DNA of 45,904 bases from Halioglobus sp. GTDB lineage: Bacteria; Pseudomonadota; Gammaproteobacteria; Pseudomonadales; Halieaceae. Under the pieces are notes generated by a model. It did no database searches and had not been told where the DNA came from. It worked only from the letters and a program-made list of their open reading frames with translations. Positions 35,241 through 43,213 of the stretch are shown one piece after another (the first letter of the stretch is position 1; the number at the start of each line of letters is the position of its first letter). The position numbers and the translations under genes were made by a program. The stretch is from the NCBI GenBank assembly GCA_047626655.1, contig JBLHSI010000001.1, positions 1-45,904 on the forward strand. Direction: 5' to 3'.

Positions 35241-36698
35241 TCAATATACATCATTGCCACTTAAGCTAAAAATTGTTTTAAATAGAATTTTTACATCCAG
35301 CCACAAAGACCAGTGTCGAATGTATTCCAGGTCTTGTTCAATCCGTTGCTCCATCTTACTGAGCGACTCGGTTTCACCTCGCAAGCCACTTACCTGGGCC
35401 AGTCCAGTAATGCCTGGCTTGATTTTGTGCCTAAGCATGTAGCGGCGAATGAGCTTGCGCAGGTCTTCATTCACCGTGTCAGGGTGCGGCCGGGGGCCAA
35501 CAACAGACATATTCCCTATGAGCACATTCAGAAATTGGGGAATTTCATCCAGCGAAGTCTTTCGTAGAAAAGCTCCAAGCCGGGTTATCCGAGGATCGTT
35601 TTTGGTTGCCTGCACAAACTCGCTACCTTCGGGCTCATAGTACATAGTGCGAAATTTATACATTTGGAAGCTCTTGCCCTTAATGCCGTAACGGTTCTGC
35701 TTGTAAAGCACAGGGCCCGTCGAGCTCAACTTTACAAGCACGGCAACGACTGCCATTAAAGGTATAACGAGGGGCATCGCTGTTATGCAGATAAGAAGGT
35801 CTTCAACTCGTTTTAGATACCGTTGGTTGTCGACAAAAGGTGACTCAACAATACTGATAATGGGCTGGCCATAGACTTCATCCCAGCGTGAATTCATTAA
35901 GTCGAAGTTGGAGAAGCTCGGGCAGTAATAAATAGACGCTGTTGTATCAGTGAGAAGATTAATGAAGTACTTAACTCGGTTCTCGGCTGCTAGCGGCAGG
36001 CAAATGTAAATAATGTCCAACTCACAGTCTTTGGCCATTTCCACAAGCTCTGATACTGTTCCCGCGATTTCGTCAGTTCGCAGAGCCAGGCGACTCTCTC
36101 CGTCTTTCATTCGATCGTCGTAAATCCCCAGCGTATTCATTCCCATCCAGGGGTGATCTGAGAAGATAGTTTTCATGCGTAATGCAATGTCGGTGGCACC
36201 AATAAACGCAACCTTGCGCACATCGAATCCCAGTGCTCTGGCGTAGCGAGTGAATATGCGTATGCCACAGTGCACGGCGGCCATGACGAAAAAAGCAAGA
36301 CTAAACCACGTACCCAGCAGATAAGCGTCGATGGAGTGCTTGTTCTCCGATACGTACAGCACGAACGTTAAAATCACCAATGTACTGGTCCAGTACAGCA
36401 GTATCTTTATGACTTCGTATCGAAGTCTGATAACGCGCCAAGATCGGTAGAGGTCAAAAAAACTTGCCAAGATTTGGTAAATCAACGCAGAGAGTAAACC
36501 TGCTACAAGGTGCTCGGGCAGCCATTCATATTGGTAGAACCAAAGTGAGGCGAAAAGGCTGGCAAATATAACCAGTGCGTCGAATAAGCTGCATAAGCGT
36601 ACAAGAATCACGCTGTGTTGGCGCAAAAAGCCGGCTTTGAGCTGCTCATTGCGGCTATACAGCTGACCTTTTTTCGGCACCGTTTTGACGATGCTCAT
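35241..36698 (-). CDS. undecaprenyl-phosphate hexose-1-phosphate transferase (WcaJ/WbaP-type priming enzyme)
   Basis: 4-5 N-terminal TM helices, a central Rossmann-like region, and a C-terminal bacterial sugar transferase domain (RPFNIF-type: KFRTM..DPRITRLGAFLRKTSLDEIPQFLNVLIGNMSVVGPRPH). Confidence 0.85.
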   Translation of the reverse strand: MSIVKTVPKKGQLYSRNEQLKAGFLRQHSVILVRLCSLFDALVIFASLFASLWFYQYEWLPEHLVAGLLSALIYQILASFFDLYRSWRVIRLRYEVIKILLYWTSTLVILTFVLYVSENKHSIDAYLLGTWFSLAFFVMAAVHCGIRIFTRYARALGFDVRKVAFIGATDIALRMKTIFSDHPWMGMNTLGIYDDRMKDGESRLALRTDEIAGTVSELVEMAKDCELDIIYICLPLAAENRVKYFINLLTDTTASIYYCPSFSNFDLMNSRWDEVYGQPIISIVESPFVDNQRYLKRVEDLLICITAMPLVIPLMAVVAVLVKLSSTGPVLYKQNRYGIKGKSFQMYKFRTMYYEPEGSEFVQATKNDPRITRLGAFLRKTSLDEIPQFLNVLIGNMSVVGPRPHPDTVNEDLRKLIRRYMLRHKIKPGITGLAQVSGLRGETESLSKMEQRIEQDLEYIRHWSLWLDVKILFKTIFSLSGNDVY

Positions 36699-36753
36699 TT
36701 GATACCCCGACCCGCGATGTGTAGGTAAGTTTTCTGTGTGAGAGGGTCGGAGT

Positions 36754-37959
36754 TTAGTCGCATGCGATTAATGATGCATCAGTTTTTCTAATCTTGGGAT
36801 CGCACGACTCTTCTACCACCTGCTGGTACATCCTAAGATGCCTCTCAAAACAGATGTCTTCATTCAGATCTGTTTGAACATCGACTCGCCCAGCTGCACC
36901 GAGGCGCCTGCAAAGCTCGTTATCGTTCCACACTCTGGATATTTTCTCGGTCAGCTCCTCTACATTGCCAGTTTCAAATAACAGGCCGGTAACGTCGTCT
37001 TGTATAAGGTCTGGCATTGCGCCGATTCTCGGAGCAATTACCGGTACGCCGTGGCTCTTGGCTTCTGATAAGACTGTCGCAAAGGTCTCTTCCCACAGGC
37101 TCGCTACGACCAATACTCTGGCACCACGGTAAAATTCAACTAGAGATTCTGGCGTTGGCGTTGCCACGCACTCGACGTCATCGCCGGGCTTGATCTCCGG
37201 ATGCTGCAAGCTATCACCCGCCAAACGCAGAGGTAGTTTTGCGCGCCTGCAGGCTTCAATAAGTAGTTCAACTCCCTTCTCTGGAACAAAGCGACCCGCG
37301 TAGCCAACGTAGGCACCTTGAGCGGGGTCGGTAATGCCTGTATCCGGTGTGGGTATGGCCAGCGGGATGACCGCCACGCGCTCGGTTTCTATTCCCGCCT
37401 TCTGTTCAATCCATTGCTTAGAAAATTCGCTGAGCACAATAAAGCGTGATATGTGATCAGTAAAAAGACCAAATCGGGTGGCGACGCCACTGCGCAAACT
37501 AAACGCCAGGCTTTCGGGTAGGCTGTCGCGGCAGTTGTTGAGTAGTGCGTTATATTCTTTGCCGCCGTTGCACGCATGACAAATGCCATTTTTGTTGTGG
37601 TGAGTTGCCACGGGACAGGTGATCCTGAAGTCATAGCAGGTCATCACTACTGGGATGCCGGCGGCTGTGCAGCGCGGTAATATCCAAGGTGAGATTAATG
37701 GAAAAAGCTCGTGTACATGCACCACATCGGGCTTAAAATCCTGTAAAAATTGTTCGAAATCTCTCACCCCTGAACGGCTGTATATGCCTCCAAAAAAGGC
37801 TCTAACTTTGCCCCTGAGCCCAGCGGGGAGATCTTTGCTATCTTTCTCAAAAAACCCAAGGTCCATGCCTCGCTCGGTACAGACAGCCATGACTGAATGG
37901 CATGCCGCATCTGAGCCGCCAACGCCTCTGTGCTGATTATTGACATGAAGTACACGCAT
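36754..37959 (-). CDS. family 4 glycosyltransferase
   Basis: MRVLHVNN.. N-terminus, GRFVPEKG, and a C-terminal EETFATVLSEAKSHGVPVIAPRIG motif. ATG 37959 lies 4 nt after the upstream stop. Confidence 0.8.
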   Translation of the reverse strand: MRVLHVNNQHRGVGGSDAACHSVMAVCTERGMDLGFFEKDSKDLPAGLRGKVRAFFGGIYSRSGVRDFEQFLQDFKPDVVHVHELFPLISPWILPRCTAAGIPVVMTCYDFRITCPVATHHNKNGICHACNGGKEYNALLNNCRDSLPESLAFSLRSGVATRFGLFTDHISRFIVLSEFSKQWIEQKAGIETERVAVIPLAIPTPDTGITDPAQGAYVGYAGRFVPEKGVELLIEACRRAKLPLRLAGDSLQHPEIKPGDDVECVATPTPESLVEFYRGARVLVVASLWEETFATVLSEAKSHGVPVIAPRIGAMPDLIQDDVTGLLFETGNVEELTEKISRVWNDNELCRRLGAAGRVDVQTDLNEDICFERHLRMYQQVVEESCDPKIRKTDASLIACD

Positions 37960-37963
37960 CGCG

Positions 37964-38911
37964 CTAGCGCCCACCGCGCAAAAATGACTTAAACGAAACC
38001 CATGCGTAGCGACGGCTGGTCACGTACTTTTGAGTGTATTCAGAATCATTTCCAAGCTTTGACAGAAGCGCAAAACAGGGCCACCGAATCGAATAGCCAA
38101 AGGTTAGTAGCAGATCGTAAAAACAGGTTTTTAGGCGCCCGTGGCGAATCTGAAAGTAGGCTCGGTTACCCTTTACTGCACTCGCCAGTACGTCTTCTGA
38201 AGTGTGTTTAGCGAGGCTCTGCCGCAGATGATGCATGACCGTTGCTTCGGATGTGTACATTACGCGCTTGCCAGACCTTTGCACCCTGTCACACAGCTCC
38301 AAATCCTCACCGTACATAAAAAACTGATCATCAAAGATAGCGTTGCCTGTCGCGTCGCGAGAAATCATCAATGCCGCGCCAGAAACCCAGCCAATATCTT
38401 TGGTTCCGGGAAGATCTTCAATCAGAAATGTGGGAGGAGGAGCCCATTTTTTAGGCATAATTTGGTTGAAAAAGAGATAGTGCCAAGCAACGTTATACAA
38501 AGTCGGCAATGCGCCGCCGGATGAGCGCTGGAATGAGCCGTCTGTATTGCAAAGCTTTGCACCTAAAATACCCGCATTGGCAGTTTCACGCATGATTTCC
38601 AGCATCCTTGGGATGGCACCCTCGCGAATCTCGGTGTCTGGATTGAGTAATAGCGTGAAATCACCCTTGCACTGCAAGAACGCTTGGTTGTTGGCACGGG
38701 CAAACCCCCGATTATCATCGTTGGCAATTAGCTGAAACTGGGGAAATTTTGATCTGACCATTTCCACGCTTTTGTCCGCCGAGTTATTGTCGACGACCAA
38801 TACTTCAAATTGCTCGGGTTTGAGTCCGATGTTTTTTTCCACTGAACGAAGACACGACTCCAGCAAGTCGCAAACATTCCAGTTCACTACTATTATTGAT
38901 AAATCGTGCAT
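37964..38911 (-). CDS. family 2 glycosyltransferase (first gene of the minus-strand operon)
   Basis: LSIIVVNWNVCDLLESCLRSV..VLVVDNNSADKS, NRGFARANNQA, and YGEDLELC motifs. Confidence 0.85.
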   Translation of the reverse strand: MHDLSIIVVNWNVCDLLESCLRSVEKNIGLKPEQFEVLVVDNNSADKSVEMVRSKFPQFQLIANDDNRGFARANNQAFLQCKGDFTLLLNPDTEIREGAIPRMLEIMRETANAGILGAKLCNTDGSFQRSSGGALPTLYNVAWHYLFFNQIMPKKWAPPPTFLIEDLPGTKDIGWVSGAALMISRDATGNAIFDDQFFMYGEDLELCDRVQRSGKRVMYTSEATVMHHLRQSLAKHTSEDVLASAVKGNRAYFQIRHGRLKTCFYDLLLTFGYSIRWPCFALLSKLGNDSEYTQKYVTSRRYAWVSFKSFLRGGR

Positions 38912-39456
38912 CTCAGATTTCTTTGCTTCGCTTTGAATACATGGGATGCACTTATAAAGTGCGGGACGCTTTTTGGCGAGAGTCGGTTGTTTCTAACGTG
39001 CATCATGCCTTCCTATATTGCGCCTATTATTATTTTGGTAGTCATTTTTTTCGCTATAACTTTTTTTCTTTTTTTAAAACGCTGCCTGATGAGCTATTTG
39101 TATATCGTATCCTGCAGGCGCTAAAGACTATATATATAGCGGTTAGTGATTTTTCAGTGGAAAATTTTTGAAGAAAAAAGCGATCAAAACCCAATTGGTA
39201 ATTTTTCTACGCGTCTGGACATACGCTAACGACCATAATATAGTCTATACTAGCTTACGCAGCAAGCCTCAAAGCGCACTAGTTCACAGGGTTTACACTT
39301 TTTTAATCTGGGTCGGCAGTATCTGCGAGCCAAGTCACAACACTATAATAAAACCATAGACATTGTGAAATTTTGATCCTATCTTGGGCGTCCGATGGTC
39401 GGGGCATATGTCAGCCGCGGTCCGATATACATAAAAAATAATAAGACAAATATTAA
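38912..39456. promoter_or_regulatory. 545-bp AT-rich divergent control region between the two halves of the polysaccharide locus
   Basis: No credible CDS. Contains T-runs at 39044-39077, the CTATATATATAG palindrome at 39128-39139, and several TATAAT-like hexamers. The divergent starts are at 38911 and 39457. Confidence 0.6.
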
Positions 39457-39888
39457 ATGGAGTTGTTTGTGGATAGTAAAAGTAATGCGCTTAGAGAACA
39501 GTACCTCGATGATCCGTTGGTTAAGTTGGAAGCACCCTTTGAAGACGATAGAGGCGCTATTTACCCTATTGTTGATGAGTCTATGGAATCTTGCGTAATA
39601 ATTATGTCTAAGACGGGCACGGTGCGAGCAAATCACTACCATAAAACAGATTGGCATTATTGCCATGTCATGGATGGGGAAATTGAGTACCACTGGCGAG
39701 CAACGGGCGACGAGTCTGAGCCGCGCGTGGTAACCATTGGGAAAGGAGAATGTTTTTTCACTCCGCCCATGGTCGATCACGCAATGGTGTTTACACGTGA
39801 TACTACCTTTCTAACCTTGGGACGCAATCCCCGAGATCAAAAAACTTACGAAGAAGATATCGAGCGAATAGACTTAGTTCGAGTCTAG
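39457..39888 (+). CDS. cupin-fold NDP-sugar epimerase/ketoisomerase-like protein (WxcM/RmlC-like)
   Basis: 143 aa. DDRGAIYPI...RANHYHK..WHYCHV..G beta-barrel His motif, as seen in sugar 3,4-ketoisomerases and 3,5-epimerase-like cupins. Confidence 0.6.
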   Translation: MELFVDSKSNALREQYLDDPLVKLEAPFEDDRGAIYPIVDESMESCVIIMSKTGTVRANHYHKTDWHYCHVMDGEIEYHWRATGDESEPRVVTIGKGECFFTPPMVDHAMVFTRDTTFLTLGRNPRDQKTYEEDIERIDLVRV

Positions 39889-39897
39889 TTGGCCAAA

Positions 39898-41154
39898 ATG
39901 CCAGCCTCTCATATCCATCGAAGCGACTGTCGGTTATGCAATTCTACAAATGTGGAAAAAGTATTTTCGCTGGCGGCTACCCCTCCTGCAAACGAGTTAC
40001 TCGGCGCTGCCTCAGACGCAGCTACGCAGGAGCGTTTTCCACTAGACCTGTATTTTTGTAATGATTGTTATCACTTGCAGTTGTCCGATGTTGTAAATCC
40101 TGGCCGTCTTTTTTCTAATTATGTGTATGTCTCTGGTACTGCGCCGTCTTTCAGGCTTCACTTTAAAGACTACGCAGCTGAGATTATTGAGCGGTACAAG
40201 GTAGATCAAGGTAGCCTGATTGTTGATGTAGGCAGTAACGACGGCACTTTGCTGTCGGCTTTCAAAGACACGGGGATGCGCGTTCAAGGGATTGACCCGG
40301 CAAACGACATTGCAAAAAGGGCCAGCGAGAGTGGCATTGATACTATTGCTGACTTTTTTACAGCCGATATAGCCAAACAAATACGAGAGGAAAAGGGGCG
40401 GGCGAAAGTAGTGGTCGCAAACAATGTGTTTGCGCACATTGACGATTTGCACGCTATCTTGAATGGTGTCGATGAGCTCCTAGATCAAAGCGGGCTTCTC
40501 GTTATCGAAGTCTCTTACTTGAAAGACGTTGTTGAAAAAACCTTGTTCGATACGATATATCACGAACATCTCGACTATCATTCGGTCGGGTCGCTAAAAA
40601 CCTTTTTTGCCCGCAATCAGTTTGAAATCGTGGACGTCTGTGCGATTGAATCACATGGTGGGTCGATTCGCGTAGTCATTCAACGCAGTTCCGGAAGCTA
40701 CGACATTAAGCCGTCGGTTGCTTCTTTTATAGAGGAAGAGGCCGCCGTGGGTCTTTTCTCTGCCGATACTTACCGCGCTTATGAGCACAAAATTAATGAA
40801 CTCGGCACCGAGCTGACAACATTGATAGCGAAGATCAAAGGCGAGGGTAAATCAATAGCTGGCTATGGGTTACCGGCTAAAGCTACCACTTTAATGCACC
40901 AGTTTAATATCGGCTCAGATGCTATCGATTATGTTGTCGACGACAGCCCGCTTAAGCAGGGTTTGTTTTCACCGGGATTTGGCATTCAAATTGTCAATAG
41001 CGATCGACTTAAAGCAGATAGGCCCGATTATATTATTATATTGGCCTGGAACTTCGCGGATCCCATCATCGATAACCTTCAATGGTTTTTGGAATCGGGC
41101 GGCGTGGTGATTGTGCCTCTCCCAACAATAAGAGTAGTGAGCCAAAATGACTAA
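39898..41154 (+). CDS. NDP-hexose C-methyltransferase (class I SAM-dependent, TylCIII-like)
   Basis: N-terminal Zn-ribbon CRLCNS..(x)..CNDCYHLQL, SAM motif LIVDVGSNDGTLL, and a C-terminal C-methyltransferase-type domain (GYGLPAKATTLM..DDSPLKQG.F.PG..I.I). ATG 39898 or TTG 39889. Confidence 0.75.
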   Translation: MPASHIHRSDCRLCNSTNVEKVFSLAATPPANELLGAASDAATQERFPLDLYFCNDCYHLQLSDVVNPGRLFSNYVYVSGTAPSFRLHFKDYAAEIIERYKVDQGSLIVDVGSNDGTLLSAFKDTGMRVQGIDPANDIAKRASESGIDTIADFFTADIAKQIREEKGRAKVVVANNVFAHIDDLHAILNGVDELLDQSGLLVIEVSYLKDVVEKTLFDTIYHEHLDYHSVGSLKTFFARNQFEIVDVCAIESHGGSIRVVIQRSSGSYDIKPSVASFIEEEAAVGLFSADTYRAYEHKINELGTELTTLIAKIKGEGKSIAGYGLPAKATTLMHQFNIGSDAIDYVVDDSPLKQGLFSPGFGIQIVNSDRLKADRPDYIIILAWNFADPIIDNLQWFLESGGVVIVPLPTIRVVSQND

Positions 41155-42211
41155 ATTATATGTAGATTCAGATATCGAAAATATCGCCATGAGGCTTGAG
41201 CCTTTTTTTGAGGACTTGAGTGGCAAGCACATTTTGATGTGCGGCGGCGGCGGCTTCCTGGGGCGTTATTTCACCGCGTTGTTCCAGCACCTCAATAGAA
41301 CTGTTTTAAAAGAGCAATGCAAGTTGACAGTTTTAGATAACTTTGTGTCGGCTAATAATCCCGCCTATGAAGAAGGTGAAAGGGACGGTGTGACGTTTAT
41401 TCATCACAATGTGATTGAGCCTTTTGAGACCGAAATAAATTTTGACTACATCATTCAGGCCGCTGGTATTGCGAGCCCCTTTTATTATCGTGCCTTTCCA
41501 TTAGAGACGATTGAGGTCGCGGTAACGGGCACAAAAAATATGTTGGAGGTAGCTCGCAAGACAGGTGCTCGTTTAATTTTCTTCAGCAGCTCCGAGATAT
41601 ATGGCGACCCCGATGCCAAGCATATTCCAACCGCCGAGAGTTATCCTGGTAGCGTATCGTGCCTAGGGGCGCGTGCTTGTTATGATGAAAGTAAGCGGCT
41701 GGGCGAAACATTGTGCCGGGTTTATCACACGCAGTTTGGTGTGCACACCAATATGATCAGACCCTTTAATATCTTTGGCCCTGGTATGGGTGAACTGGAC
41801 TACCGTGTGTTGCCAAACTTTGCCAGTAAGGCAAAAGACGGCTCTCCGTTTAATATTTATGGGCACGGTCTTCAGACGCGGACTTTTTGCTATATCACCG
41901 ATGCAATTGTGGGTTTCATGCATGTCTTGATGCGCGGCGTTCCAGGCGAACCCTACAATATAGGCAATCCTAAGCCTGAGATTTCTATGGTAGATCTCGC
42001 GCACAAAATTAAGGATATGTTAGATATTCCCAACGACATTAACTTGATCGAATATCCAGATAGTTACCCGGCGGACGAGCCCAATCGCCGCTGTCCGGAT
42101 ATATCCAAGGCTAGGACCCAGCTAAAATATAAGCCTGAAGTTGATTTGGATGATGGTCTAGAGCGCTTCTTTGCCTGGACTCAAGAGCACTTTGTAGGTG
42201 AGAATAAGTAG
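41147..42211 (+). CDS. extended SDR NAD-dependent epimerase/dehydratase (UDP-glucuronate decarboxylase-like; possibly a 4-ketoreductase)
   Basis: ILMCGGGGFLGRYF, the YDESKRLGETLC catalytic motif, and PYNIGNP. The ATG overlaps the preceding stop. Confidence 0.7.
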   Translation: MTKLYVDSDIENIAMRLEPFFEDLSGKHILMCGGGGFLGRYFTALFQHLNRTVLKEQCKLTVLDNFVSANNPAYEEGERDGVTFIHHNVIEPFETEINFDYIIQAAGIASPFYYRAFPLETIEVAVTGTKNMLEVARKTGARLIFFSSSEIYGDPDAKHIPTAESYPGSVSCLGARACYDESKRLGETLCRVYHTQFGVHTNMIRPFNIFGPGMGELDYRVLPNFASKAKDGSPFNIYGHGLQTRTFCYITDAIVGFMHVLMRGVPGEPYNIGNPKPEISMVDLAHKIKDMLDIPNDINLIEYPDSYPADEPNRRCPDISKARTQLKYKPEVDLDDGLERFFAWTQEHFVGENK

Positions 42212-42213
42212 CA

Positions 42214-43143
42214 ATGGCGGGTTTGGCGCTGGTTGGAGTTGGAAAGTGGGGAGCTAACTTTCTTAGAACACTAGCGCAGTCTGAGTTTGATGATCTGGTT
42301 GTTATTGTTAGCTCGAAATCACAAGAGCAACTGGGGTCTATAGCAAAAAGTTCAGCCACCGTACTGCCCAATCTCTCGTTGCTCGAAAACCATGTGCACG
42401 AAATTGATGGGATTGTTGTTGCAACCCCTCCCGGCGTCCGTCCGGCAATAGTCGAGCAGTGCCTGCGCCTGGGTATACCGGTTTTGGCGGAAAAGCCGTT
42501 GGCTTCTGATGAGAAAGCCAGCGCAGGATTGCTGAGCTTGGCGAAAGCTCTAAATGTCCAGCTGTTAGAGGATTTTATCCACCTATACAGCTGGCCCTAT
42601 TTAAAGCTACTGGATCAAATCACCGATGATAGGCCAATTACCATTGAATCCTCGGGCGCCGGCCATGGCCCTTTTCGTGACTACTCGCCGATAGCCGATT
42701 ACGGACCACATGACGTGGCTATGGCATTACAGCTATTTTCGACCTTACCAACCCACACAACGTTGGAGATACGAGATGTAGAGGGCCCGCTGGCCTTTAC
42801 GGCAAAGATCAAACTCGATTTTGCTGAGCTTGGGCAGGCCAATATTACTCTCAGTAACGTGAGTAAAGAGAAAGTGCGAACATTTCGGGTCGCGCAGAAT
42901 AATGATACATGGCTGTATGATGATACGTGCCAGGATAAATTAGTGCGTAACAACGTACCTCAAACCAGCTCTTTGCAGGACTACAGTTCAATGCAGTTAG
43001 TTCTGGATCAATTCTGTGGTCGCAGAGTGCTCTATGAGAGCGAGAGCCAGCTATGGCTTAGCGGTGCTGTGGCGGAAGTTTTGCAAGATCTAGAAGAAAA
43101 ATGCCGCGTTTTGCTCGCCAGTGCTCAATTATCCAAACAATAA
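42214..43143 (+). CDS. Gfo/Idh/MocA-family oxidoreductase
   Basis: LALVGVGKWGANFL Rossmann motif and the LAEKPL motif; 309 aa. Confidence 0.75.
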   Translation: MAGLALVGVGKWGANFLRTLAQSEFDDLVVIVSSKSQEQLGSIAKSSATVLPNLSLLENHVHEIDGIVVATPPGVRPAIVEQCLRLGIPVLAEKPLASDEKASAGLLSLAKALNVQLLEDFIHLYSWPYLKLLDQITDDRPITIESSGAGHGPFRDYSPIADYGPHDVAMALQLFSTLPTHTTLEIRDVEGPLAFTAKIKLDFAELGQANITLSNVSKEKVRTFRVAQNNDTWLYDDTCQDKLVRNNVPQTSSLQDYSSMQLVLDQFCGRRVLYESESQLWLSGAVAEVLQDLEEKCRVLLASAQLSKQ

Positions 43144-43213
43144 AGAGCAGTCAATTCTTACAATAAAGTGGCTGTGCTAAGGTTAGTTTGCCAACGATTA
43201 ATGGAAAAATAAC

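Noticed and set aside
35063-35260. 65-aa ORF on the minus strand in the gap between the WcaJ-type gene and the rfbF-like gene.
   Set aside because: It overlaps the 3' end of the WcaJ-type CDS, and has no ribosome-binding site and no recognisable motif. The gap is more likely an internal promoter or leader region.
39044-39077. Possible CRISPR array or other short-repeat array suggested by repetitive T-rich sequence.
   Set aside because: These are only homopolymeric T-runs with no repeat-spacer periodicity. I found no CRISPR-like array or cas gene anywhere in the window.
39139-39146. ops/JUMPStart-like elements (RfaH recruitment). GCGGTTAG lies on the + strand at 39139-39146, upstream of the cupin operon. 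GCGGTAAG lies on the - strand at 35067-35074, upstream of the rfbF-like gene.
   Set aside because: Both differ from the canonical GGCGGTAG by a missing 5' G and an inserted base. A degenerate 8-mer of this kind is expected about 2-3 times by chance in 46 kb on two strands. I cannot tell whether this organism has RfaH. Worth a motif scan, but not supportable as a feature.
38896-39780. ORFs 38896..39171, 38906..39124 and 39168..39359 (+), and 39379..39780 (-), in and around the AT-rich intergenic region.
   Set aside because: They overlap one another. Their translations are Phe/Ile/Tyr-rich products of T-runs. They lack Shine-Dalgarno sequences. The minus-strand ORF mostly overlaps the cupin gene, which has a recognisable fold motif.
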